Positions 23,663-36,674 of a stretch of DNA of 64,000 nt are shown one piece after another. Source of the DNA: Squalus acanthias (Eukaryota). The position numbers and the translations under genes are program-made. The stretch's first letter is position 1; every line of letters starts with the position of its first letter. The notes under the pieces are model-generated. The model saw only the letters and a list, made by a program, of their open reading frames with translations, did no database searches and was not told the origin of the DNA. The DNA lies in NCBI GenBank assembly GCA_030390025.1, contig CM059431.1, positions 106,952,001-107,016,000 of the forward strand, written 5' to 3'.

Positions 23663-24609
23663 CTGGCTGACACACCTTGGCTTGCTCTTGTATTGTTTCT
23701 GTAGCCCTGCGCTGCCTTCTCTTTATCTTTGGTAAGGTTCTGCTCACCAGCAGCTTTCCTGTCAGAGAATTATCTTCCATAAATGAATCAGTCCTTCATT
23801 AGTCATTCTGTCAGTTCACCAAAGTCAAGATCCTAATGCAAGTTCTTAATGCGGTTACATACTTACAGTCTCTTCCATTTTCTGTGAGCTTTTCTCGGCT
23901 CACGGTTTATTTGGGATTGCATTAACTCCTAATATTATTCATTATTGCATTCTGTGATAGACTCTAACCTTCTCAAAGTTGAAATTATTACATTTAGTGC
24001 TTCTTCCACAGTAAGACAAAGGAAAATTGATGCTCTACTCTTTTTCTTCTGCTCCACTGGCTGCTCGATACACTTACAACTATTGCTTAAATATTCTAAT
24101 ATTCTGACTTCAATAGAAGTGAAGATTGGGCAGGGCGTAAAACAGGCAGCTGATGCGATACCACTGTATTTACGCGCTACCGCCAAGACGAATTTCTACC
24201 CCCAAGTGTCCGTATCCAAGCACTTTTAGGTCAGGGTACCACAAGGTTAGATGGTTATTGAAGCTTCCTCTACCCTACACCAACAATCTGCCTCTGCTCC
24301 AATCTCCAAAGAATACCCTCCACTCCATGGCCGCGATTTCGCCTGCCTGGGTGGCTTCAAGGCGGGAGAGGTCGGCGGTGGGGGGCGATCCCGCTGCTGC
24401 GTGGATCCCATCGATAAACCGAACCTTGCCCTAATGGGCCTTGTTAGGTCCGCCCTGCGCGTTTCCCGGCCCTATTAACTAGTGCGGGTCTGGTGACGTC
24501 ACCGGAGGACGCGATTATTGCCGATTTATTTAAAGGGGGCCATGTCTCCAGTTACTGTCAGTTGCAAATTGATAGCATTCAGTGCTGTCAGTGTTTATGT
24601 CTCTGCACT

Positions 24610-25620
24610 ATGAGCTTGCAGCACCAACGAGCAGCACCTCGCTTCACAGATGAGTCCCTCCATCATCTGGAGGGTGGTTCTCTTCCCTGTGGACGGCAGG
24701 AAGAGGCCTCTCCAGCAGATAAAGGCAGCATGGCTGCAGATATCGCAGGAGGTTAAAGGGCCGTCAGTGGTGGTTCGCACCTGGTGTCTCACAGATCACA
24801 ACTGAGCAGCTGCAGATGGTGGAGACATTGACAGCCGTGGAGACTCCTCGTCGGAGGGTGCAGGACTCTCCCAGCTCTGCTCAGCTGCATGCATACGCTG
24901 AGCCTCGGGGGCCATCCAGGAAGTGGGTGATCCTGGAGCTGCAGGAACAAGTGCAGGAGGCTCTGACTGGTTTGGCGACTGCGGTGACTGCGAGTGTGCA
25001 GAGAATGGAGGAGTCCATCTCCAGCATGAGCAACACCGTGGTGCACTCACGGGTAACTATAGCTTCCTCCATGGATAGAATGGCCACCTGCATGAAGGAG
25101 ACATGGCGCCAGTCGCATGAGGACATGGTTTCTCTTCAAAATAGATGCTCATCTATGGAGGAGAGATGGGGAAAAATGAAGCAGAGATGGGCATCTATGG
25201 AGGAGAGAAACCAGATGCTCATAGATGTCCTTTGTAGGAGGGATGTCAGTATAGAGGTGGGCCCTCATGGCCCCACTGAAGTGTAGCAAGGTGCTCTCCA
25301 GTTACTTGCTAGCAGGGAAGTGCGGGTGGCCCATGAGAGTGATGATGGTGGGAGGGGACATGGAAGTGGGGGCTCCGCTCCAAGCGCCCTGACTTCCACC
25401 CCCTTGCCACCCCCTCGGTCAGAGCCCCAGATGCCTCCCCGGACAGTGATGGCCAGGTCTGCACATGCACAGTCGCTGGAGGAGCAGACTTTGGCGGAGC
25501 CATCAGTGGCTCCAAAACCCAGGCGCAGCATGGAGATGAGGAGGCTGCCTCTACCTCTGCTGAAGCCGCAGGGGTAGCACGACGTAGAAGCACCCTGAAA
25601 AGAAAGATCCTAAACAAATA
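24610..25620 (+). pseudogene. Harbinger Myb/SANT-like gene, frameshifted and deleted
   Basis: MSLQHQRAAPRFTDESL start, plus a coiled-coil-like and Pro-rich C-terminal part in ORFs 24816-25286 and 25320-25577. Confidence 0.7.
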
Positions 25621-25906
25621 GTCACAAGGGTAGTCACTCGGGTGTGTCTTTCTTTATCAATATTATGTTAATATTTTATGAAGTGCTGTTAATAAATCAT
25701 CTAATTGTCACACTTGGAGGTCGTTGGCAAATTATTGTGATGAAATGGAAGTGGCAGAGTGAAGGGTCAGGGCTCATTTCACACCTAGCAATGGTGGTGA
25801 GAGTCAAAACAAGGACAAATCATTGTTTGACTGCTGCATGGTGTTGGTGTTGGGTGATGCAAACCTGTGTACGCGGGTGGCAGCTATTTGTATGAGCTGC
25901 ATGAAG

Positions 25907-27469
25907 TTATTGAAATCTGCCATTGATAAGGGTATCCCTGGCGTGACGGGCTGCAAAGTGCTCGCGTACTGGTCGCAATGGGACCGCCGGCTCGTCCAGG
26001 TGTTCCTCATCCTCGTAACCAACCTCATGGAGAGCCTCCTCATCCTCATCCTCCTCGTCCTCCGATGAGGCTCCTGCGCTCAGCGGTGTCTTCCTCATCC
26101 AGTACTAATCCTCACTGCTGTGCTATGTTTTGCAGGGCTCAGCAGATGACGACTATTCGTGAAACGCTAGCTGGTGCGCACTGAAGGGCTCATCCAGATC
26201 TATCGAGGCATCTGAAGCGCACTTTGAGCAAGCCTATTGTCTGCTCGATGACACTTCTCGTGGAGATGGGGTTTTGATTATAACATCCCTCAGGCTCATC
26301 TGTTGGCCTCTTCAAAGGTGTCATGAGCCACGTCTTCAGGGGAGAGCCCTTGTCTCCAAGCAGTGTACCATCTACAAGATGCACTGCAGCAACTCGCCAA
26401 GGCTTCTTTGGCAGCACCTCCCAAACCTTCAACCTCTTCCACCTAGAAGGACAAGGGCAGCAGGCACATGGGAACACCACCACCTCCAAGTTCCCCTCCA
26501 AGTCACACACCATCCTGACTTAGAAGTATATCGCCGATCCTTCATCGTCGCTGGGTCAAAATCCTGGAACTCCCTCCCTAACAGCATTGTGGGAGTAGCT
26601 TCACCACATGGACTGCAGCGGTTCAAGAAGGCGGCTCACCACCACCTTCTCAAGGGCAATTAGGGATGGGCAATAAATGCTGGCCTTGCCTGGGACACCC
26701 ACATCCCATAAACAAATTTTTTAAAAAGCCAGCCGCCAAGACTATTTGGTGGTGCGAAGAGCTGAGGGACAGTGGAATGGCGCAGGATGTATGATTCATG
26801 GCAGCTGCCAGGGAACTTGGCGCACACATGGATGATAATCTTCCTATGGTTGCAGACCAGCTGAACGTTGAGGGAGTGAAAGCCCTTGCGGTTAACAAAT
26901 ACTACTGGGTTGTGATGGGGTGCCGTGATGGCCACATGTGCGCAGTCGATGACTCCTTGCACCCGTGGGAAGACAGCTAGAGCGGCAAAGCCAAGCGCAC
27001 GTTCATTGACAGTGGCTTCATCAGTTGCAAAATGAATATAATTTGTGGACTTGTTAAAGAGGGCATTGGTGTGTGGCTGACTGCGAGATGCCTGGAAGGA
27101 GCCTGAGGTGAAGAAGTTGAGGGCAAGGGTGAATTTGACAACCACTGGTGAAGAATGTCCACCCCTTCCTCTGGGCTGCAGGTCTTGCTCCAGTAAAGCG
27201 CAAATGTCTGCGATGACCTGGCGCTGCTGCTCCGTCATGTTGAGGAAGCTCATCCTCTGCCGGTATACCCTGTGTTGGGAGTATGGCCTCCGGCGCGGTG
27301 CAACCCTGTGCTGATGCCCTCTGCCCTGTGCTGTATCAGGTGGTTGAGGAGAAGGTCGGCGCCCTTGTTGTTGTTGCTGCTGCTGCTGGTGTGGATGGTT
27401 CTGCTGCTGCTGCGGCTGATCGTCATCAGATTCGGAGGACCAAGGTGACAGAGCATAAATCGTGCCCAT
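25907..27469 (-). pseudogene. Harbinger DDE transposase (HARBI1-like), disrupted
   Basis: [52 protein letters not shown]. Internal deletions, stops and a LINE insertion. Confidence 0.9.
26362..26725 (+). mobile_element. CR1-group LINE 3' fragment inserted in the transposase
   Basis: CTIYKMHCSNSPRLL...SWNSLP...FKKAAHHHLL, same family as 41680-44412. Splits the GGWL/LGDKG motif. Confidence 0.85.
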
Positions 27470-28404
27470 TCTGATGATTCATATGGCAGGTGAAGTTCAG
27501 ATGACAGAACCAATCTATCAAAGGTGAGATATGAGGTTGCAAGGAGGTGACAGTGAATAGAGAGTTTACTGCAAACACTTCCCAAATGCATAAAGCTTAA
27601 AAATCTGTTCCAAATACCTGAAGTTTCTGAGATTGGAAAGTGACCAGCTGTAAAATGGCAGGTTTTAAACCACTTTTGCAGCTGTCACCTATTGAAAGAA
27701 ATGGAGAGTTGTTCAGAACCCAACATACTTACCTGGCCTGATCCCCGAGTGACGGGAACCTCGTGGAAAACTTGGGAAAATGTTTTGTACCTGGTAAAAT
27801 GGTGATTAAATTGCTTTAAACACCCTCTCAATGAGCGCAATTGAATGACCCGCCACTTAGTGCCGTGTCTGCAGAGCGCAGGCAGAGCCGACGTTAGGGA
27901 AACTCACAAGGAGGCGGGTTTAGAGCGGGATACCGCCCCGCTGTCAATCATTTGGATTTTGACAGCGGACCCGCCTCCGAACCCGCCCTCTGAGCGCCGG
28001 CAAAATTCAGCCCCATGAGTGGAACTTTTTATCCAGTTCCCACACCAGTCTTGACTCTCTGAGTTGAGATTGCCAGTCAGTGATGAATTAGCATCTGGTT
28101 TGCGGAGTGAGCCCATGGTCACGACCAGCTAGAGGAAGTCGATTGGTTTGTGCGATTAAAAGTATTTATCTATCTTTGTCACCTTGGCTCCTACCACAGA
28201 TTGCCACCAAAAGAGTAAGAGCAAGCAGAATGGAATAAATCAACTCTCTGTATATTCTATTTTTGTTAATCTGAAAGGAATCACTATTTAAAATGGTCTG
28301 AATCGGACAACTTCATTATTTTTGAATTGACCTAAAGTGACTCAATTTGAGTTACCTCAGGTCTGGAATCAATACTGAGAAGTTCAAGCCCAACAACAAA
28401 AATA

Positions 28405-29590
28405 TTTTCATAAAATGCTGGAAATACTCAGCAGGTCAGTCAGCGTCTGTGGAGCTTGAGACAGTTAACTTATCAAGTCGATGACCTTTTGTCAGAACTG
28501 GAAAAAAGTCAGAGATGTAACAGGTTTTAAGCAAGTACAGAGGCAGGTAAAGGCGGGGGGGGGAGGGGAGGAAAGAACAAAAGGGAAGGTCTGTGATAGG
28601 GTGGAAGGCAGGAGAGATTTAAATCACTCCCTATCTCTGCAACCTCTGTACTTGCTTAAAACTTGTTACATCTGTAACATTTTCCAGCTCTGACGAAAGG
28701 TCACAGACCTGAGACACAGGCCCAGAAATTCGTCCGAATACGGGAGAGTACGCACTGTGTACTCACCCATATTCGGTCCCGAAGTGCCGGTTTCCTGCAT
28801 GCACTGCGCATGCGCGGGAAACCGGCACTTCTGATATTGCGAAGGGGGCGGTTCCTAAGTGAACCGCGTGCGCACTACAGGCTGTGCGCACGCAGCACAC
28901 TTAGTTTTTTTTTCAGGTTTCAACGCGAAGGTAAGTGTTGAAGATTTTACACATGAAGAAAGCAGGCGTAAGACCCCCTTTTAACAAGGTAAGTAGTTAA
29001 TTAAGTATTATTTTAAAAAATTTCAACAGGTTTATCTTTTTTAGAGACTTTAAAGAAAGGTAAGTTTATTTTTATAACTTTTAAAAAGAATTTAAATTTT
29101 TTCAAAAATTTAAATTTTTGTTTAAAGTGGTTAATTTATTTATCTATAGTTATTTTATTAATGTGATGGTTTTTAAAAAAAATTTAATTGAGGTTTAGCT
29201 GTTCTTTTGGGGGCAAGTTGTATTCATAGCTTTGACAGCTCTTCCTGTCAAAACAATGAATGAAAGATGGTGTGCTGCCATTGGCTCTAACTGAATCACG
29301 TGATCCCAGAGGTCGCATCAAACTAACTGCGCCTCTGGGACACGCACACAATGCGCGCCGGCACCAGGGAGAGGCCCAGGAACTGAAGTTCGTGTGGGCC
29401 AAAACCATAAAGGCAGGCGCGGAGTGCGATATCGCGGGTGATCCTTACCCCCGCGGCAACCATCGAAGTCCAATTTCTGGGCCATTAAGTCTGTTTCTCT
29501 CTCCACAGATGCTGCCTGACCTGCTGAGCATTTCCAGCATTTTCTATTTATATTTCAGATTTCCAGCACCCGCAGTATTTTGCCTTTTGA
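28405..29590. mobile_element. PLE fold-back element interrupted by a MITE
   Basis: Left arm 28405-28545 is the reverse complement of 28640-28715 plus 29484-29550. Hammerhead-like CTGACGA..GACCT GAGA at 28690. Confidence 0.75.
28719..29483 (+). mobile_element. Harbinger-type MITE, family A
   Basis: TIR GGCCCAGAAATT / AATTTCTGGGCC. Flanks ACA/ATT do not match. Confidence 0.9.
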
Positions 29591-30114
29591 ACAAAAATAT
29601 ATTCATTAATTTAAATCAGGAAAGAATAGACTAGTGAGGAATAGCTTCCAAATATTCAATGAAGTATTTCATAGTAATATTGCCCGTACAGCTAGTAAAA
29701 AAGAAGTTATCCAAAATTTTAACAAGCATAACAATGGAAACATTTCAAGATCATATTGGGAAACATCAACAATTTCTTTGATGGGTACATTGCTTCTTCT
29801 GGTTTTCTTCTTCTTTGACATGACACATTTTTGGATGACTTTGTTTCTTACTGACACACATATCAAATTGATACACATCTACAAGAAAATGTCTGGTTAA
29901 ACTATATTAGAAATTTTACTAAACGTAATATTAAACTTGACCTGAGTCTGTTTCTCTGGAACTATATTGTGATTTTTGTAGTTTTTATATTGAAGTGTTT
30001 TCTGGTTGTAGTTCCAAAGATGATATGAGTCATTGCATTGCAAGATTGCGCTCCTGTGTGTCTCTCTGTAGCACCATCCCACAGGTCAGCACTGCAACGT
30101 GTCCACAAGAAGGT

Positions 30115-30535
30115 GTGACCTACATTGGCAACGCCTCGATTTTAAAATTCTCATCCTTCTTTTCATATCCCTCCATGGCCTCGCCCCTCTCTATCTCTGT
30201 AACATCCTCCAGCTCTGCAACCCTCTGAAATCTCTGCGCTCCTCTAATTCTGGCCTCTTGCGCATCCCTGATTTTAATCGCTCCACCATTGGCGGCCGTG
30301 CCTTCAGCTGCCGAGGCCCTAAACTCTGGAATTCCCTCCCTAATCCTCTCTGCCTCTCTACCTCTCTTTCCTCCTCCAAGACCCTCCTTAAAATCTACCT
30401 CTTCAACAAAATTTTTGGTCACTTGTCCTAATATCCTGATATGGCTCGGTGTCAAATTTTGTCTGATAACGCTCCTGTGAAGCGCCTTCGGACGTTTTAC
30501 TACGTTAAAAGCGCTATATAAATGCAAGTTGTTGC
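30115..30535 (+). mobile_element. L2 LINE 3' fragment
   Basis: FKILILLF..LHGLAPLYL...STIGGRAFS...LWNSLP. Confidence 0.9.
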
Positions 30536-30943
30536 TGTATCTACAACCAAGTAAAGTCAGTTGGGGAAATGAAGGAGAATTGGTCTTCCTAAGTCACTTC
30601 TAAAGAAGCAGAGCTATCTTATCTGTATTCATACGCTAAAATTGCGACAATGTAACAATCATGTAATGTGGCAATTTTAGAGTATGAAAATTGGTAAGAT
30701 AGCTCTGGTTTAGCACTTAAAATAATTAACCTCATACAAAGGTCCCTCTGCATATAATTGCAGAATCATAAACAGATACATTAGGCTAGACATTGTGAAA
30801 TTGACAAGGAACAGGCTCAAAGGTTAATGTGTTCACTAACCTGCCACTGTAGCAAAAATGCATATAGCAGTATGATCATTTTGTTTAAGCTGGCTGCAGG
30901 GCCAAGGCTACAGCCCCTCCCTCCTCCATTGCCCGAAGACATT

Positions 30944-31620
30944 GGGCCTGAATTTGCGGTCGGAGGCTTCCTGAGGGCGGATGCCTCCGACCGACAATAA
31001 ATCTACGCACCTACCTGATGGTCCTGGAACCGCGGAGACTCGCGCTCCTGGGCCTCTCTGCGTAGACATGCGTAAAGGCCCACATATCCCAGGGGCGCAA
31101 GCGGTTCGCAAGCGACCCTGGGATCACGGGGACCGGCCCAATGAATGAAAGAAGGGAATCCCCCTTCATACATATGGGGATTCCGTACATATAGAATCTC
31201 CATAAGCATGAATGGGAATTACCCCAAAAAAACATGTACACATCAAATTTAAAAAAAAGACATATTTAAAATGAATTGAAATGCCATTTAATTAAATATT
31301 TAAAACAAAACATTATTTTTTTGAAAAATAAATGTAAATGCTTTCAAGGGGCTAAAAATAACCATACCTTATTGTACAGGTTTTATAATGTTTAAATGAT
31401 TGAAAAAAAAATATGTTTATGTTCATTTAAACTCTTACGCTGGTAAAAGCAAGCCCTGCACCTGCTTTTACCAAGCGTAAGAATTTCACGGGCATTTGCT
31501 GGGCAGAAGTTGGGCAAACAGCCCAACTCTCTGCCTACAGATGCCCTTTTCCTGGAGATGCGTTGGCTCTGTCAAGAAGATAATTCACAGATCGCAAGTT
31601 CCGGGTTTTGGTGCATGCGC
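30944..31620 (-). mobile_element. Harbinger-type MITE, family A (reverse), right end lost
   Basis: ATT then GGGCCTGAATTTGC, collinear with 5824-6500, ends at a short CR1 piece. Confidence 0.75.
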
Positions 31621-31774
31621 CTTTTGGAAGTCCATGTACACCACATCAACCGCATCGCCCTCATCAGCTCTCTCTGTTACCTCAACAAAAAACTCAATCA
31701 AGTTAGTTGCTGCCAGGAAGACGGATGTGAAAATGTGCACCAATTGAGGAGTAACTTGCCGATTACAGTTTGAT

Positions 31775-32505
31775 TACAGTGTGCCAGTGCAGCCTTCGGT
31801 CGCCTGAGGAAGAGAGTGTTTGAAGACCAGGACCTCAAACCTGGCACCAAGCTCATGGTCTACAGAGCAGTAGTGATACCCGCCCTCCTGTATGCCTCAG
31901 AGACATGGACCATTTACAGCAGGCACCTCAAAGCACTGGAGAGGTACCACCAATGCTGCCTCCGTAAGATCCTGCAAATCCATTGGCAGGATAGGCGCAC
32001 CAACGTTAGTGTTCTCGCTCAGGCCAACATCCCCAGCATCGAAGCTTTGACCACGCTCGATCAGCTCCGATGGACGGGTCACATCATCCACATGCCCGAT
32101 ACGAAACTCCCAAAACAAGCGTTCTACTCGGAGCTCCGACACTGCAAGACAGCCCCAGGTGGGCAGAGGAAACGCTTCAAGGACACCCTCAAAGCTTCCT
32201 TGAAAAAGTGCAACATCCCCACCGACACCTGGGAATCCCTGGCCCAAGACCGCACAAAATGGAGGAGAAGCATCCGGGAAGGTGCCGAACACCTTGAGTC
32301 TCTTCGCCGGGAGCAAGCGGAAGCCAAGCGCAAGCAGCGCACGTCAACCCAAGCACCCCACCCACCCGCCCCTTCAACCACCGTCTGCCCCACCTGTGAC
32401 AGAGACTGTAGGTCCTGCATTGGACTCATCAGTCACCTGAGAACTCATGTTTAATGTGGAAGCAAGTCACCCTCGGTTCCGAGGGACTGCCGAATAAGGA
32501 GAAGA
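31775..32505 (+). mobile_element. RTE-clade (BovB-like) LINE 3' fragment; ORF 31816-32454 open
   Basis: TKLMVYRAVV..LLYASETW...QLRWTGH...GGQRKRFKDTLK and a C-terminal CxxC..HxxxH zinc finger. Confidence 0.9.
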
Positions 32506-33672
32506 ACAGTTTGAGGAAATTCCAGGCCGATGTGGTTGACTCAATGCCCTCAAAGTAAACAGGGATGGCAATAAATATGGCCACATCACATTGGGGAAAA
32601 AATGGATGGGTCTTTCTGAGGACGACTTACTGAGGAAATCTTTAACTTTAAATAATCAATGTTATGAGTTAAGTTTATTTTTCTTTTCAAAATTTTGTAG
32701 AAATTGAGCAAAAGAAAACTGAGTATTATTATTTGGAGTATGTTAATTGGTTGATCTTTTATTGGTAGACATGGCAGAGCGCTTACTTTTGATTAGTGTT
32801 TTCCATTCATGCTTACTATATGCTGATTGGTAGATTTTCTGCTCCGATATTTGTGATTTGTCGCTGTTTTACGTACGCTAAATTTAAGTGATACAAGTAA
32901 GACTCCGAGATGTCCGTGAGTTTCAGTGTGATCCTGAAGTGTTAAGCAGGAAATGCATGCAGTCATATCGTTTTATAATATTGATGGATAGATATATAGA
33001 TAGATTTAGATAGAAAATTGCAGATGCATCACTTTAATACTTAAGGAAACCTAGACTATTTAAAACTCTCTTTATCTATCATATTCTAATAAGTCACAAG
33101 AACATAATCACAGCCGAGGATAAGAATAGACCATTCAGATCATCAACGCTAATTCCTCTATGACCTTAATTCTCCCACCCCGGCATCCAGCTACATTTGT
33201 TAAAGCTCGAATGCCTTTGTCTCTACTATCCTGTCTGGTAGATTATTCCAAACATTTATCATCTTTTGAATAAATGTCCCAAATTTCCTTTTCACTAATT
33301 TAAATTTATATCCTCTGGTCTTTCGAGCCTGACTTACTTTGAGGTAATATTCAGGGTTTGCTTGATCTATGACATTTAATATTTTATATTCCTCAATGAT
33401 GTCAACCGTTAACCTTTTCTCTCTAGACTGTAGAACTTGAGCTTCTATAATATTTCCTCATGGTTCATCCCATTTGAACATTTGGAATGAATTTCAAGTC
33501 TTCACACTTTTATTTCTCCACGTTGTTTCAAAGAATGGAACTTTGCTGGAGATAGTGTCCAAACTGACGTATTTTTGCTCAGAGATGGGACACAGGATAG
33601 TCCCCATGCTTAAAATCTATATCTGTTATCATTTTTAAAAATCCAGTTTAAGGTACTCCACTGCTTTTAGTT

Positions 33673-34045
33673 TAAGAACATAAGAACATAAGAAATAGGA
33701 GTAGGCCATACGGCCCTTCGAACCTGCTCCGCCATTCAATAAGATCAAGGCTGATCTTCCACCTCAACTCCACTTTCCCGCCCCATCCCCATATCCCTTC
33801 ATTCCCCTAGAATCCAAAAATCTATCGATCTCACCCTTGAATATACTCAACGACTCAGCATCCACAGCCCTCTGGGGTAGAGAATTCCAAAGATTCACAA
33901 CCCTCTGAGTGAAGGAATTCCTCCTCATCTCAGTCTTAAATGGCCGACCCCTTATCCTGAGACTATGCCTCCTAGTTCTAGACTCTCCAGCCAGGGGAAA
34001 CAACCTCTCAACATCTACCCTGTCAATCCCCCTCAGAATCTTATA
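33673..34045 (-). mobile_element. CR1 3' fragment
   Basis: FPLAGESRTRRHSLRIRGRPFKTEMRRN. Confidence 0.9.
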
Positions 34046-34524
34046 TGTTTACCCTTTAAACAGTGAGAAAACTACTTGCCCAGACGGTTGGCTTGTTCCT
34101 TACATATCGGTGATCTGGGGGCTCCATTGATATATTTTTCATTCGGTCTCATTTGTATACATTTGAACCTTTTTTAAAACAATAACCATTTCTTTAGTTA
34201 AACTTAAACCACAGTGATGTCTTCCAAGATTCCCTTTAGACCCAGTTTTTTATGACTATACTAGACACTTATTCAATATCAGACCAGTAATAGAAATTCT
34301 AGAAATATAGTCATCTAGTCCTCCATTCTACAATGTGATTTGAATCTAAATTAGAACATTAGATTGAAGTTAGATAATCTACCTTGTACTATCAATGCTT
34401 CATAGTGCAACCAACCCTTTAGTTATGTGCAAATAAATGTATAAGATCATTTCCATTTATTTTGTCTTTGATATTCTTCCTTCACCCCTCCTTTTGTGAA
34501 TGCGGCAACTTATTCTGATGTACT

Positions 34525-34795
34525 TACACAGCACATCCTCATCCAAGTGACGAGTCTTTATGTGAGATTGGGTAGCATTGGTTAGGCTGTTTGGCTGCCA
34601 GCCCACCACTGCCGAGCCCAATTGTGTCTTCACCTTGCATCCTGATTTTATCAGGAGTCACTAGAGATCCCCATCTAATTTTCTTGTCCTTCCTTGGAAA
34701 TACTGGGGCCATTTGTGACACACAACCACCCTGCTCCTAACAGTGCCACATTGGCTGAGATTAACTCACTCAGGACGTCGTGGAGACGTAGCTCG
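34525..34795 (-). mobile_element. Old SINE-like repeat, copy 1
   Basis: Reverse complement aligns with 37340-37615. Confidence 0.65.
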
Positions 34796-36182
34796 AGACT
34801 ACTCGAGTCAAGGATAAGGAATATTATAGTTGGTCTGTATTGTTACATTTATTCCTGCTCAAAGATACCATGTGCCCGTGTTACAGTTTGAGATTTTTCC
34901 AACACTTGCTGTTGTGTTCATGGCTGGACTACAGATTTAAGATTTTACTCTTCCCTCCCTCTTTGAATGCCATGGCAACCCTGAATACCAGGATTTTGTT
35001 TTAGTCTCTGCCCTTCCTACTGCGTGCGTTGCTATGGCATAAGTGGCGGTAAATGTATTGTTGGCGTAATTTGAAATTAATTTCAATTGGCCTGCCCAAA
35101 TTTGGGCAGGCCTATTGTATGCTCAGTGTCACTTTCCTAGTAGGAAATGCCAGAATTGTTCCCTGCATGATTATCGTCACCCTCACCCCACCCCGCCCCG
35201 CCCCACACAGCAGACGTTATGCCGGGGAGCTACATAACTCCACAGGAAAATCCGCCCCTATATTTGCAATAAAGTTTGGGAATGGTATTCTAACAGCTTT
35301 AGACTGAAATAATTTTGACTTATCTGTAACTACAGTTACACTTTGTTGTATGCGGCTGGTTTTATTTTTGTATTCCGTTTTAAGTTTCCTCATTTTATAT
35401 CAGTGTTGGCCAATAGAAATCGCTGACTCGGCACAAGTGTGGCTACGACGACACTGCTTTAGCCACATGCACTTTTAGTAGAAAACGCCTTCCGTGCACT
35501 CACACTGTACAGGTAAATGCACTTCACGCGTGTCTTATTTACTTAACAAACGTCGACTACCATTCAGCAATCAAGGAAGTAAAGCACTCACAACGATCAT
35601 TCGCACCCTCTGCTTTTTGTCTTGCCAGTTTACCAACAAACACAGAAGTAAGGATAAAGTGCACAAGCATCTGCCTTGTAAATATGTGTATTGAGATCAC
35701 ATGCCCAATGACACTGTCTGTTACTCATTTTTTGCTTACTAATCAGAAATGCAATTGGCGCAATAACTGGATTCACAATTAGCCAGCTGTTGCTAGTGGC
35801 TAACATATAGGACAATGCGGGCATATAAAATGTTACTGGATATATTCTGTTAATTTCTCACATAAATATTGCAGCTATCTTCATTCTAATGGGGACTATA
35901 TAATTAAAGCAAAACTTTTTAAAAAAAACACAGAACAATATTATGCCAAAATGGATAAATAAAAGACCCATTATTTCAAAAATTGAAAAATTAAAACATA
36001 TTTCCTAATAGGATAATGGGCTGAAAGACAATATTATACGATTTAGGATTTAAGGAGCAGGAAACTATAATGAATGTTAAAATTGGTAAGAGAGCCATTA
36101 CATTATATGACTTGTAAATGTGCTTTTATTAAGATTAGTTCATTCTTAGCTTCTAGCATTTACTGTTGTTAGAAAATAGACT

Positions 36183-36443
36183 TTAAAGCTGAGATGAGGA
36201 GGAATTTCTTCACTCAGAGGGTTGTGAGTCTTTGGAATTCTCTGCTCCAGAGGGCCGTGGATGCTGAGTCTTTGAGTATATTCAAGGCTGAGATAGATAG
36301 ATTTTGGACTCTCGGGGAATCAAGGGATACGGAGATGGGGCCGGAAAGTGGAGTTGAGGTCGATGATCAGCCATGATCTTATTGAATGGCGGAGCAGGCT
36401 CGAGGGGCCCTATGGGCTACTCCTGCTCTTATTTCTTATGTTA
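36183..36443 (+). mobile_element. CR1 3' fragment
   Basis: MRRNFFTQRVVSLWNSL and the CR1 3' UTR. Confidence 0.9.
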
Positions 36444-36674
36444 TACTGCGGGTATCGATTTGAGATTGGCATCTCATGAGAATGATGTGGGACTGACAGA
36501 CCTCAATTAAAATGCTGGTCACTCATCATTCTCAGATCTGGAAAACAGAATTCCACATGCATGGGCGGACTCACCAGCAAATGATTTTTAAAAATTTTCA
36601 AACTTCGCTTTGCACCAGGCTGCAGTTATTCTATAACTGGACATGAAGCCAAAGCATTGGGAGATGGGGAGAAA

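Larger units (their letters stand above)
24329..28014. mobile_element. Decayed two-gene PIF/Harbinger transposon
   Basis: TIR-like ends GGCCGCGATTTCGCC / GGCAAAATTCAGCCCC with ATG on both flanks. Convergent Myb-like (+) and transposase (-) genes. Confidence 0.85.

Noticed and set aside
22450..24320. Unassigned stretch that may be a decayed minus-strand LINE or a host exon
   Set aside because: Composition suggests an old LINE, but no motif is clear enough to call by eye.
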